Below, piece after piece: positions 26,033-38,558 of a DNA stretch of 64,000 nt. The notes beneath the pieces were generated by a model that had not been told where the DNA came from, made no database searches, and worked only from the letters and a program-made list of their open reading frames with translations. Both the position numbers and the translations under genes were made by a program. How positions within the stretch are numbered: the first letter of the stretch is position 1; every line of letters starts with the position of its first letter. The stretch comes from Cycas panzhihuaensis (lineage: Eukaryota; Plantae; Cycadophyta), in assembly GCA_023213395.1 (NCBI GenBank), contig CM041465.1, forward strand, positions 56,737,741 through 56,801,740, given 5' to 3'.

Positions 26033-26424
26033 TGTCAAAAATATGAAATAACTAGACTAAATTGTAATAAATGAGAGGAATGACACGAGAAATTGTATAA
26101 GGATTATAAGTAATAATCTTGCATTAGATCACAAAGAGTACAATGGCTCGGTTTATTCTTAATGCCTCAATCAATCAATTTGATTAATCATAATGAGAGC
26201 AAGAATACTCCTCATTTTAATGAGAGTGTGGAGCAAAGAATAAAGTTGTAAAAGTTTCAAAACAAGAAAACATTATGGCACACCTCATGCATGCTCTTGC
26301 ATATGTAAGAGAAAAATAGAAATACAACTCTCATGAGAATCTACTTAATGTGGAATATCAATCAACTCGAGAAAAAGAATGAGAAATGCACATTATTTCT
26401 AATAAATAGTGCTAGTCTTATACA
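26033..26424 (-). repeat. Copia-1 5' LTR (~390 bp)
   Basis: Ends CA adjacent to the PBS. Candidate TG start at 26424 (TGTATAAGAC). No partner LTR in the window, so the outer end is tentative. Confidence 0.55.
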
Positions 26425-29400
26425 CCTTTTCAATCACATATGGACTTTTCCAATGTATTCTTAATCCTCCTTGCTGCATTTGGGATTTGTTGTTGAATTG
26501 GCATACTCAATCATACTTTCTAAAATACGATGTCCTGACATACCCTATCTTTCTTTGTCTTTTCTTCATTGTGCTATGTTTTTGTAGTTTCTTCATAGCC
26601 ACTTGAAAGTTTAAGATTTCAAACTCTTAGAATTATTGTTATTATTCATATCACTAGAAGAGAGTAAATTACATAGAAGGTGGTTGAACCTTATAAGATT
26701 CCCACATCCAGTAATTTACAAATTGCTTTACACCCTCTCCATATGAAGAGTTATCAATGTGAAGCTCTTTGTGATGGTTGGGCTAATATTTATGTGGATT
26801 ATTCATGATGTGTGCTTTCTTTGTTATATGTTATAAATTTGTTTCTTTGAATGTCGATGGTGTTTCCTCACTAGCAATGATTGTGATGGAGGCATGAGTA
26901 CTTCCCTTTCCCTAGCATAGGAAGTACCACTTCACTTCTGCCATCTATTAACATGAAGGTTATATCTCTCTAGCTCTGGAGACATTTAATTTTATACAAC
27001 CATGGGTGGCTTAGTAATAATGGATAGGGCACCATCTCTTTCATTATCTCGGCTATAGTAAAATCTATTAGGACCATGATACACTCTACATCCACCTTCA
27101 TATTCAACAATCTTCCCATTTACCAAAAACTCAATGGCCAACTTTAATAAATAAGTTGTGTCATCTAATTTTAGGCTTCCTAGTTTCGTCCACATTGTTG
27201 TTAGTAACATGTTGACTGCAGCTCTTCCATCGACAATCACCCCACATGATATCTCTCCCAATATAGTAATGGTGCTTGTATGGTCAAGGTCAAAGGAAAA
27301 CATTACTTTTTCAAAATTTTAATCGTTCCTTTATGTTGCAAGACACTCATTTTGATCCATTCAATGACTTGTTCAAGTGGAATGGTTAATTATAATTGCT
27401 TCATTAAATTCTCCATCAATAATAACATTTTTGGTATGTCCTCCATTGGTAAACCCTTAAATAGATCTTCAGCTTAGACTATAGGCAATTATGTTGGTCT
27501 TTCTTGTATTGCTAATTCCTTCTTCTTGGGTTTGTTTTTCCTTGTATACATATATTTTGTTACGGGTTTACTCGTAGGTAATTTCTTCTCTTCTTCTCTC
27601 TTTATCGCTTCTTCAAAGACTTTCCTCGTTGCTTTGGAGCACTCTATTTCAACTTTAGGGTTGGGGTAGTCATTCTGTACCTTTTCCTTCCTCTTTTCTT
27701 GACTCTTTGTTTATAATTTCATATTCTTATTTGATTCAAGGACCATAGCCATGGGCTTTGTTACTTTGGCCTTTCCTTTATAGTCTTTCGTGTGATGATT
27801 CCCTAGTCTATAATCTTTACATATAAAGGGACGTTGCTTATGTGCCTTGGCCATAGGGAAATCTAATTTCCAATGGACAAACTCAAGGAATACTAGGCAT
27901 CTCCCAATAAGTGTCTTCTTCTTAGAAGTTTTTGACATATTTATGGTAGTGTATAAGTTTTTAGTTGAATCAACACCTCTACCTTTGCCTCTTCCTCTAT
28001 AATTTCTCCCTTGAGAATTGATATAGAAATCTTTTGTGTTGTGGTTGTCCACATCATATATATGGCACCAATTATCATGTTTCCTCATAGTACTATTCTT
28101 AGGGTTAAGTTCTTTGTGGAATAAGAATCCTCTTTACAAATGTAACATCATTTGTCAATTCAAAATTCTTTCCCTTTCTTCTTCTTTACTTTCTCTTCCT
28201 CCTTTTTCTTCTTATTAGATTTCATTTTCAATCTTGCCACTTTTTTCATAAGGGCTTCTACCTAAAATTCTTCTTCTACTTTCTCCACTTAAAAGAGATG
28301 TCAACTATTTTGTTGTCATTTTATCTCTTGAAGCTCATCTTGTAGTTTTAACAATAATAGGTCATGCCTTCCTATTTAGGCATCCATCTCCTTCTTAAAA
28401 TCTAAGGCCAGCTCTTGGGTATTCTTAAAAGATTTCAATTGATATGTTTGCATTTCATTTTATCTTCTAACAAAATAATTGTTCATATTATGATTTATCA
28501 CATTTTCATACATCATACTAGCTACTATGATTTTCATGCAACTTACATAAGTCAACACTAGTTCTCCATGTCTTTGTTTGATTTTTTTCAATATGATTTG
28601 GACAATTTTATTGATGTGAAACTTTTGAAATATTTTCTCAAACTCTTTTTTCACATCCTCCTAAGATTTTATTTTGCTCAACTCTTTGTACCATGCTAGT
28701 GGTACTCCTCATAGTGTGCATGTAAATCTAACCTTAATCTCAACTTTATTTGTGATTTTTTTTCACATTCACCAAATTTTGGAACAAATGTATATGCTCA
28801 ATGACATCTAATGTATCATTGAAGATTAACTTCCTAAACTCCTTTTAATTATCCAATTTTGGAGAATCAGGTACTATATTTTTTATTTCTAGAGACTTCG
28901 TTGGTATAACTTCTAATTTTGGAGGTATAGCTTCTTCCTCTCCTACACTGGCTTTTGGCGATGTCCCAGGTGAACTTCTCATAATATGATCTCTCTCAAA
29001 TAGGGGATTCTTAAAGGGTGTCCTTAAATGGATAAGTTTTAAAACCCATGATATTTACACTATTAATGGTGTTGCAATTAGGAATCACTATTTAGAGACC
29101 TTTTTGGCATCTCCTTAAAGAACTGCCTTGTTAAATAGTTCTCCCAGTATGCCAAGGGACCTTTCCCTGCTTTTTCTTATTATCACTCAAACTCTTTAAA
29201 CTAAAGCCCATACTTATTCCTTCCTATTTCCCTAAAGTTTTTCTTTTCTCCTTTGAAGTGTCATTTTTGTCCTCTAGATTTTCTTTTTCCTTTGGAATCT
29301 CCTCCTCTTTTTTCTCTGAGCTAAGTATATCTTATTCAAATGGGGTAAGTCTTATTACCATTGGGTCTCTATGTCCTTCATTTCCTTATTTTTTCAGTGT

Positions 29401-30748
29401 CTATGTTCCACTTGCTTTAGACTCTATTAGAACAATAATAATGTTCTATCTTTTGTAGTTCTTAGGGTAAAGTTGAGGGTTATGTGTCCAACCCTTCTTT
29501 CATGTACTTATGACAGTTGGCCAACATGTATTGGATCTTTTATGTATACATGATGTACTTATATGAGAGATTTCCTCTCCTCATTTAATGAATTAAATCA
29601 TTGTCCTTCGAATCATTGATTACTTTGACAGACCCTTCGACAAATCGTCCCTTGGTTTTGTCATTTTTAATGACACTTAACCTCTTAACCCTCTTTAATT
29701 TCTTTTCATTTGACCATCTTAGTGCCCTTTGTTTGCTTGATTCTATCATCCCCTTAAGTGAAGGTCCTTGTAATGGATCCCTTGCCTTTAAAGGTTACTT
29801 TGGTGGCATTGGAAGGTCCCCTAGATATCAGAGGCTTAGTTACAAACTACCATCATGATGACAGACAAGGTTCCTTAATCTTTGAGCATAATATGTATGG
29901 TGAAACTTTGGTCCATTCCCTCCTTAATGGACATAGGCAATAGAACTAATGTTGAATTCTACTTTCTTCCTGTTAGAAAATGCACTTGTTAAGAGCCACC
30001 TTTTGGTAGTCTACTTAGGGTTTTATCAACATGTTAGTTTAATAACATCACACAAATGCCATAACTTATGAATCCATTCACATATCATAATCATAACACC
30101 ATAACATCATAATGTCATTACACCAACCATAACATCAAACATAAACTCAGAAATTAGTCATAATCATGCTCATAGTATAGAATTTCCATGCAATTCATAA
30201 TTTCAATGTCCAACGATTTCTTACATCACTTGGAGAATGTTTCACACACATACTATATTACAAAACATGACATCAAACTCAAATACTCAACTCTCATACT
30301 AGAATGGTGGAGAAATAACCATTAAATACATTAATGCATTTTGTTTTAGGGAACAACTATTCCTTTTTATAACAAATTACACCATTTTGATAATACTTAT
30401 TAGTTATGCCTCTTAATACATTAATTCAACTATATGATTGTACAAACGTATGTTCATAGATGATGTCAGCAGATTTAGAGTGCATCACTTTGATTGGTCT
30501 TTATTTTCCATGCATTCATCAAGGTGAATTCCTCATGTATTCCAGATTTATGTTGCATTTTATTCTAGAATGCAACCTATCATGTATTCCACAGGAGCTC
30601 TTTTCAGGCAGTTTCTATTGATTCTTAGCATGCATTCTTTTGTACGACCCATAACTGATACATTCCTACACTTATCAAGTTAGGCTAAACATGCATTACT
30701 AATTTTCTAGTGTCTAAAAGCACTTAGGTACTAGATTTTACCCCAACA
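26425..30748 (-). mobile_element. Highly degenerate Ty3/Gypsy 5' part (candidate LTR ~30004-30748, gag, Zn-knuckle, protease)
   Basis: Retrotrans-gag-like KKEFEKIF...LKKIKQRHGELVLTY (28460-28654), knuckle relics WCHIYDVDNHNTKD (27711-28088) and protease VIVDGRAAVNML...LKLA (26992-27303). Candidate LTR start TGTTGGGG at 30748. Confidence 0.65.
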
Positions 30749-30799
30749 TTATGAGAATGAAGCATTAAAGAAGGAATGAAGGTTGCAGTCGAGAAAGAG

Positions 30800-31621
30800 G
30801 ACTAATAGTAGGGTCCTAGGGAGGGGGGATTTCTAAATAATCCCAACAACAACTATTAAGCTTTTGTAGGAGTAACTAGCAAAAATCGAGTCCAATGGAA
30901 GCACCTCTTTTCAATAAATATTATAAGATAGCAAGTTCACATCATAAAATGCTATAATTGATGTGCATCTTTGGGAGTTATGAACTACTGAAAGTTGCCA
31001 CATGTATTAGTCTATAATAAGTGATTGCCACTTGAGCTAGCCTCCCTCATTTAACAACCACTATAATGATGAAATATAGTGGCATCATGCCTAAATCAAT
31101 GGAGGAGATTCTTTTTATCTAATTAACAACCTCATTTGCTCAACATGAGACCACATTTGGTTGGAATATAGGAGCATAAGCCCTTCCATGGGACTGCATA
31201 GTAAGTCCAGGTACTAGATTGTAATGTTATGACTACTTTTATGTATTTATTGAATTATTTTAGACCCATGGAAAATAATAGCCATGACAACACTTCCCCA
31301 ATAATGTAGACAATGGTAATAAAATACATTCATAGCATAGTTCCTCTTGAAGAGCAAGGGGAACATGTACTTTATCTCTTATGCAAATATTATCCTAAGA
31401 TAATTCACATTGTTGGCAAATCTGGATCTTACTAAAGTTATTAGTTTTCTTGGAATTTTATATGGACCTAATCTATGTTTGGCTATCACTAGTGCCCTAT
31501 GCATTATATTTTTGCCACTTTGTTGGTCGAAATGGATGTTAATAATAATTGAGTCATCATTCCATTTAGTTAGTTTGTTTTCAATATTGCACATAGAAAC
31601 ATACATGGCTAACTCTAAAAC
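30800..31621 (-). pseudogene. Possible hAT-like transposase relic
   Basis: QQSGKN...IPRKLITLVRSRFANNV resembles the hAT 'KL..P..TRF.S' motif. A strong 3' splice acceptor (TCTTTTCTTTTTTGCTCCTAG) precedes 31621. Resemblance by eye only. Confidence 0.3.
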
Positions 31622-32699
31622 CTAGGAGCAAAAAAGAAAAGATAACCAATGAATAATAAATCTATTGAAGAAAATCTCATGCCTATTAACTATTTGCTTA
31701 TCGTTTCATGTAGTCCTGGGCACTAGCTAGGCATTTCTTGAAAATTTTGACTATGTCTAAGAACTCTATGGGTTGCTTATGTTAACATTATCAATGTAAA
31801 TCGATTAATCGACTATCGTGGTTTGTTGATAAGCCCAGTTGTCAATGTAGATTGGTGTTGAAATAGGTTTATTTACTAAATGACCATTATAAAACCATTT
31901 TTAGATTTATGTAATTGTATTTTTCAAAATAAATACATATTGTAATGATATAAGAAGATTGAATAGATAATTAATAAGTCTTATAGTTTGTATAGCCTTA
32001 AGGTAATAGTGATCTTATAGCCCTAAGCCAGACACTCTTATAAGCATTGACTATGAAACAATGTGATTAGTGAGAGTAATCACATTGGATTATTATGGTT
32101 CAACTAATGAAATAAAGGATTGGTAGTGAATTCTATGTTTTTTTTAGACAACACTTGGTTGAATGCTAATTATTATTAAATAATTGATTAAATGTATGAA
32201 CAAAACATTATATAAATATACATCTGACATTTGGTTCTATTACTAATTGGATTTAATGTATTATAAGAAAATTCATATAAATTTGATAAATTAACAAGAT
32301 TACAATGGTCATTGTGATCTTTGTATAAGAAAGAGGTCAATTGAGAAGAGTCGAGAGAGAAATAGAGCAATAGTAAAAGATAATTTATACAGAATCAGGG
32401 GTGATGAAGCAAAGCTGCTAGGATAAATAATGGTTAGAAGAAAATTAACACTTTCAATTTATTAAAGAGTCACACAGAGAAAATATCTGTGAATTGAGAG
32501 AAAAGGAAATAATATTAGAAATAGTAATCCATTGTCCACTTTTAGAAGGGAAGTGAAAAGAATTTGACTCATCAAATGATACATTAGTTGAATTGGAGAG
32601 GAAGATAAAAGCACTCTCAATTTGTGATTAGATTTTCGAGAAAAACCCTCCTCCCCCACAACTATAAAAGAAAGGCAGTCACAAACTCTAAATACTAAC

Positions 32700-33355
32700 A
32701 ACAAGATGACAAACATTATCCTTATAATTCAATATGCAATCAAGAACCCATTACTAAAATATGATGGCATGGCTGATAGAAATTAACACATGTTTGTTCA
32801 TGAACCATCCTGGAATTACAAAGGATTGATTGATGGTCAAACAAAATGGAATGAGCTCATGACTACATTACATAGTAGGGCTTGAACCTTGTACCAAAGA
32901 GCAATAAATTAGAGGTTAATCAAAGATTACCAAAATGCAAAATATAATTCTTAAAAGTAATTGGGCACTAGAATTAGTGATAATTAGCGTTCACATCATT
33001 ACAAAATTTGTAAATACAAGCTAGTGAAACATTTCAAACACTTGCTTATAGTACATACTTGACAACATACCAATTAGATGATCGATTACTTTGTAGGTAG
33101 GGTTCCATCGGTAATAAGAATTACTATTTGACAAAGAAACCCATAGATATTTCGAAAAGATTATTGATATCATAGTCAAATTGAAAGGTAAAATGGAAGC
33201 AATTCCACATATCTAAGATTCTCCCCATATTGTTGTTTAGTTGATTCAAGCATTGCAAAAATTAAACATGCCCAACAAGGAGCAAACACGAAGAGAAAAT
33301 GCATGGAGCATGAATTGTGGAATATAAGGTCACTTTAGAGAAAAATGTCCTATGA
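32700..33355 (+). pseudogene. gag: Ty3/Gypsy gag relic with CCHC zinc knuckle
   Basis: LLKYDGMAD...HEPSWNYKGLIDGQTKWNELMTTLHSRA and a terminal WSMNCGI*GHFREKCP. Confidence 0.6.
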
Positions 33356-33589
33356 ATTTTATGGTAGATCCATTACATGGAAGATGCACCACCATAAATA
33401 ATCTGCCATCCCTTATCATTGAGTAGAAGTGTTTAAATAGGGCATTTAAGCTCTCGAGGGTGTTTTTTAGGCCTTATGAATAATATTCTTCTAGGATGCA
33501 TTCCTTACAAGTAATTTTTGACTTTTTTCTAATCTTATTTGTCTCTTTTCTATAGTTTTTTAGTTTATTTACTATATTTTTACATTATT

Positions 33590-36500
33590 TTATTGTTGGG
33601 CTCATCTTATGTGATATCAAAGTGTCTCATTATCCTCGAATCATTAGTGACTCAGGTATGGACACCTTATTTAGGATTAACACTTTTATTTTGAATTCTA
33701 TTGTTGCTATGGATGTGGGAATTATGTTCCAAACCTTTTCACACTACAAAATAATGGTTCATAAACCAATCATTGAAAAATAATGGTTCAAAAACTAATC
33801 TATCATCCACCTACCTTGTTGGGCTCCTAGTCTACAACATAATGTCATACTCTAGGTGTCTCATATACAGGAAGGATGATACCTAATACACTCACATAAC
33901 CCTCAAGGATAATGTATGGAATATCCATAATGTACTGAAAGGATTCCCCAACCTTAATGTTATTTTAAGAATCACTTACCCAAGGAAAAAGACCTGGAAA
34001 AGTCTCCACTACCAAACTCAACCATGATTGGGAAATAATAGTTGTCATAGGAAGAAATAGATACCCAAAGCACTTTAAAAAAATGCCACCCATATTAGGC
34101 ACTATTTCCTAAATCCTGGAAAGTTTACACTTATCTCACCAACAAGTAAGTGAAGGTACGTGCCTCTTACTTTTTTAGTTTAGATGTCTTTCATTTTGTA
34201 GCTTATCATAATTTAGATCTTTTTATTAGCATGCACTAATATTTTCTTGTTGTCTCGGTAAGTATGTGTGAACACTATTAGCCTATGACAATTCTGACTA
34301 TGGTCAGTGGCTCTAAAGGTTGCTCACTGAGCTTAAAGGATTACCAAAGAGTCCCTTAATACTCTTGCAGACACTTTACAAGTCTTCTTCTTATCCCATT
34401 TGTAGTGATTCTATTTTCATTTTGCTCTTTTGGGGTGTTTTTGTTAGCAAGATCTTTTATGTTGTATACATTTCCCACTATCATATAGGTTTGTCTAGCC
34501 TTTATTTTTGGTTTGTACCATGTTGGAATTTGCTTATCTCATATTTTATGTTGCTCCTAAGTGATTTTGTAGTATCATTGAGCTTTTCATGATACCATGA
34601 AGACTTTCATAATGATATTATTAAGATCGCAATGGTACCAATGTGTTCTTCATAGAAGGATAGTCCACACCTATAAAAGAAAAAGTAGGCATTTCTACAT
34701 GTAATAAATATACCTAGATGTATTTTCTAACATGGTTAGCATCCAAAATCATATGGGGATCCATTTTTCTTCTTCCCAATACTTGCTTTTAATGTTTTAT
34801 CCTCATTTATTGCTTTATTTTATTGATTTTTCCAAATACATGGGGAATCTCTCTATGGCTTTGACCCATAGTTTGATTCCAAACCATGGGCCCAATACCA
34901 CCTCCCTTGGGGAATTTATCATCTATAAGTAGCCCCTCATTTTCCATGGGAGAAAGGGAGGTAAAAATTGCATCATTATGTTGTTAAATGTTGCTAAAAT
35001 TTTTAGAGCATTCTCTTGTTTACATTATCTACTTGTTGGCTTCCTTTTAGCTTGGAGATTATAGGCCAATAATCATTGGAGCATTCTTCTGTGGAGTAAC
35101 TTGTCATTGGAATTCCTCTTCACCAAGATTTGGGGCAACACCCCCTAATGTTATTAGAAATCCCTACTCCTTCTAATTGATTTCTTATTTTATATTATGT
35201 TTTTTTCTATTAGTTCATATTCTCTTATTGTTTGGTTATCATTTTCTTAGTTGCATATTTCACTTTCGTACTTATGAGTGTCTAGTAGGAAGAATTAGGA
35301 CCTAGTACAATTCTTAGAGCCTAGATATTTGTGGCACTATTTCCATCTTTAAGGCTCACTTTTACACTAATCTGCTATTTAGTTTTGATTCAATAACTTG
35401 CTTTCTAGTTAATAGCACTTTTAAGTTTGGATTTCAAATATACTATTGCATGCTACTAACTTTGTAGGTGGAGGAGCACTTTAATTTGTTAGTGTATAGG
35501 TTAGGAGCATGTAGAGTTTATCATACCTCTCTTTCACTCCTCTTCTCCTCCTTCTTAGAAAGTAAATGTGCCTATTTCACAACCGATATGCTACCAAATT
35601 TTCTTTGATAACATCAATTAGTATGATTTGATTTTTATTTTTATTTTATTTATTTTGTTATTATTTTAAGTTTCATAGCTAATGTTTTCTTGTTATAAGC
35701 TCATCTGGCAAGTAAAAATGTTGCCAATTTTTTCTTAGAATTTGATTTAATATATGTATGCTTTCTTAATGTGAATTTAAGTGTGTTGGCATTATCATTA
35801 GGAAATTTGCATGATAAAAAGGAATGTGTAGTAAATATTTAGGATGAAAATCTAGTTATTCTTCTCAAATCGCCCTTTATAGATTTTATTTCAAAAGAAA
35901 AAAAATACTTAAAATTGTATTTTCATTTCCTATATTTATTTGAAAATAAAAAGAATAGGAAAGACATTGATTGCTTGTGAGATTCTCATTATTGCTTACC
36001 TTCCCTTCCCCTTTGCATATAAGTGAGTTTGTCAACTATAAAAATATATATATATATTAAAAACAAAACAAAAAGGAGAAGAGAAAAGTTAAAATTTTTC
36101 ATTTGCTTCAATATTGCATTGCATTGCATGTTTGCATGTGTTTCATTGAAAGTTAAATAAAGTAGTGATTCACACTTGTCACAAGTCCTTGAACTCATGG
36201 GGCCCATAGACTTGTTTCCTTTAGGTTAGCTTTGTTTGTTATTTACATACAAATTTAAAGTTGCATTGTAGTTGTATATTAGAGTTTATTCTTTCTCTCT
36301 AGTTTTATTAGGGTAGGGTCTATTCTCATACAAAAGAGAGGGGGCTATGGTTTCTCTACCTAGATTTCATCACCAGATGAGAGATGTAGTCTTATGCCTT
36401 TAGGTGCATCAAGTCCTCCATCTTTGTATTCCAAACAAGTCAGTGAAGAGCATTTATCCTTGCCACATGCTTACATATGGGTGTGGATAGTCAAGTGAGC

Positions 36501-37639
36501 TTCATTTGTCTTGTTAAAAGAAGTGTTATTGTTTAAATCACTATTTAGAAGCTTGAAATTCATTAAAATTGAATATGAGCACTATTGGGCTATCTCACAC
36601 TTGTGCAAATTCTGTCACTAGTAGAAAATTTTCCATTGACTTATCCATAAGCAGATTTATCCTATGGTATTAGTTCCTTTAGACCTCTCACTCGGGGCAG
36701 TCTCCCCCCACTCTTATAGATTGCATACAACATTTTAGAGATGTATAAGAGTTTAGGTTAGGTTAGGTTAGTTTACTTGGGTAGGTTTAGTTGAGTAGGA
36801 TAGGCATGTAGTAGCATAGGAGTTTAAACATTCATGCTCAATCAGCCCCCTCACATGGTGAGGCCATTTTATGTGTTATTTAGTCCTTTTAAGGATGTTA
36901 ACTATTTGTTTGATTGATCTTATCTCAAACTCTTCTCAGTTAGACTTTAGCACACTTTCTTGGTTGATACATCTCTACCTCATCTACTTATTTTCATCAA
37001 TTGCTTAGGTTGATGATTAACTTTGATTTACTTTTAGCTTAGGTTGATGATTTACTTTTCAGTTTTCCTTTTTGATTTCTCTCTTTTTCTTTCGACACAT
37101 CATATACACCTACACATTTCCCCCAACTAACTAAGAAACTCTTTCAGTCTTTAGATTTTACACCAGTGTCCAAGTGATGTATTGGTGCCCTGTAGAAGGC
37201 TTTTATTCACATCCATCCTATGCCAAGTTCACTTTAGCTGATGAATTGGTTATGGTGTTATGTTACGCATCGTCCTCTTTCGTGATATATGCTTCAATAG
37301 CAACCATATTAGGAACTCATCAGTAAGGTTTAATATATTGTGTTAATCCCTTCTTGATTTCATTTTTTTCCTTTACTTTAGGGCTTAACTCTTTAGCTTT
37401 TGGTTTATTTATCTATGCATTGTTCACCTTTCCTCCACCTCTTTAGAGTTTGATTATATCTTTCTAGATCCATCCCTTGATTTTTGCATTTTAACATTAC
37501 CCCTTATATGTATTGATTTTCTTATCACTTGAAGTGTTTGCCTCCTTTGAACCTTAACTCAATGAGTTCATCTAAATCTTTGATTGTCAAGCAATGCTCA
37601 ATGGCAGGCCAGTACCCACCTAATGGATATATTGAATCT
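33590..37639. mobile_element. Unclassified LTR-like / 5' leader sequence, probably of a further Tat-like element that continues at 42837-42989
   Basis: Non-coding, LTR-like composition. Rejoining across Copia-2 gives MAGQYPPNGYIES/YQT*DTYQYEDPYHAQEPYQAYSQDW, sharing QDW and YEDP words with the Tat-C leader ORF (62883-63212). Confidence 0.3.
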
Positions 37640-37840
37640 TATTAGAATATAATGTTTTATCCTAATAATATTAGAGAAAAGGGGCAATGTGCTTAAGACC
37701 CTCATTATATTTAATTCTTATGTTTAATGTTACAATTATGTAATGGTTACAAGTCTGTTGTATATAAAGGAGGTTTTTCTCCATCAATAGAGTGAGTCTA
37801 ATTCCATTCTTCCTCATAATTGAGGGTCTGATTTTCTACA
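37640..37840 (+). repeat. Copia-2 5' LTR
   Basis: Direct repeat of 42636-42836; ends TCTACA before the PBS. Confidence 0.95.
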
Positions 37841-38558
37841 TGGTATCAGAGCAGGGAAATCTACTTGACTAAAGAGAAATAGTCAAAGGGTTGTTGAAGA
37901 AAATTTTAATACTCGAAGCCAAAGATATATTCAAAGCATTGAAGATAAAGATCAAAGTCCAAAAGGTTGAAAGACTGCAAAAATTCCATTGTACAAAACT
38001 GTATGGATAGATTTTTGAAAGTTGTCAAAATTTGATGAAACTTGGCTAGATTAAATATCTCATCAAGGGCATCACTTTCTTCAATTATGACAAATTGATC
38101 CAAAGTTGTTTTGAGGTTGTTTTATCCCTCTGAGTAGCCCATGTGAATTTAGAGCTTCTAAAGCATATTTCTTTTAAATCTCATCAAATTGTTGATTAAT
38201 ACATGTTCCAAACTCATTGTCTATACCATACAAAGAGATTAAGTTCAATTTTGAAGGAGTTTTTCTCAAATTTAAAGTTTTTGAGCATTTCTTCAAAAAC
38301 CCTAGCCATCAATTTTGACCTTTTGGGCCAATTTTCTCCCAAACTAGAAACGGCCTTAAAAATCTAACTGCAGATCTAAACTCAGCTTGAAATTCTTTTT
38401 TATTTGACATACTCATCTCTTAAATCTATACACCTTGATTTTTGAATAGAAATCTGTACAATCATATGATCTGGCACTAATTACAGGCTTTAAAACCTTT
38501 GATATTTATACTTTTGAATATGTTAGTTTTCTTAAATCTACCCTCAACTCAATTCACC

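Larger units (their letters stand above)
22536..26424 (-). mobile_element. Copia-1: 5' part of a Ty1/Copia element (LTR, PBS, gag, PR, INT, start of RT), interrupted by Tat-B
   Basis: Minus-strand fragments: gag (DWKDQDKEVLVIIR), Zn knuckle (KKGHLKKNCW), PR (WYIDSSTLNHIT), INT (LELVHSDLCG, TLQQNGMVERKN) and RT (VDFEETFAPMAKMA, cut at 22536). Confidence 0.88.

Noticed and set aside
33742-34407. CACTA element (CACTACAAA ... TTTGTAGTG)
   Set aside because: Only a 9-bp inverted match, the flanking 3-mers differ (TCA vs ATT), and there is no transposase.
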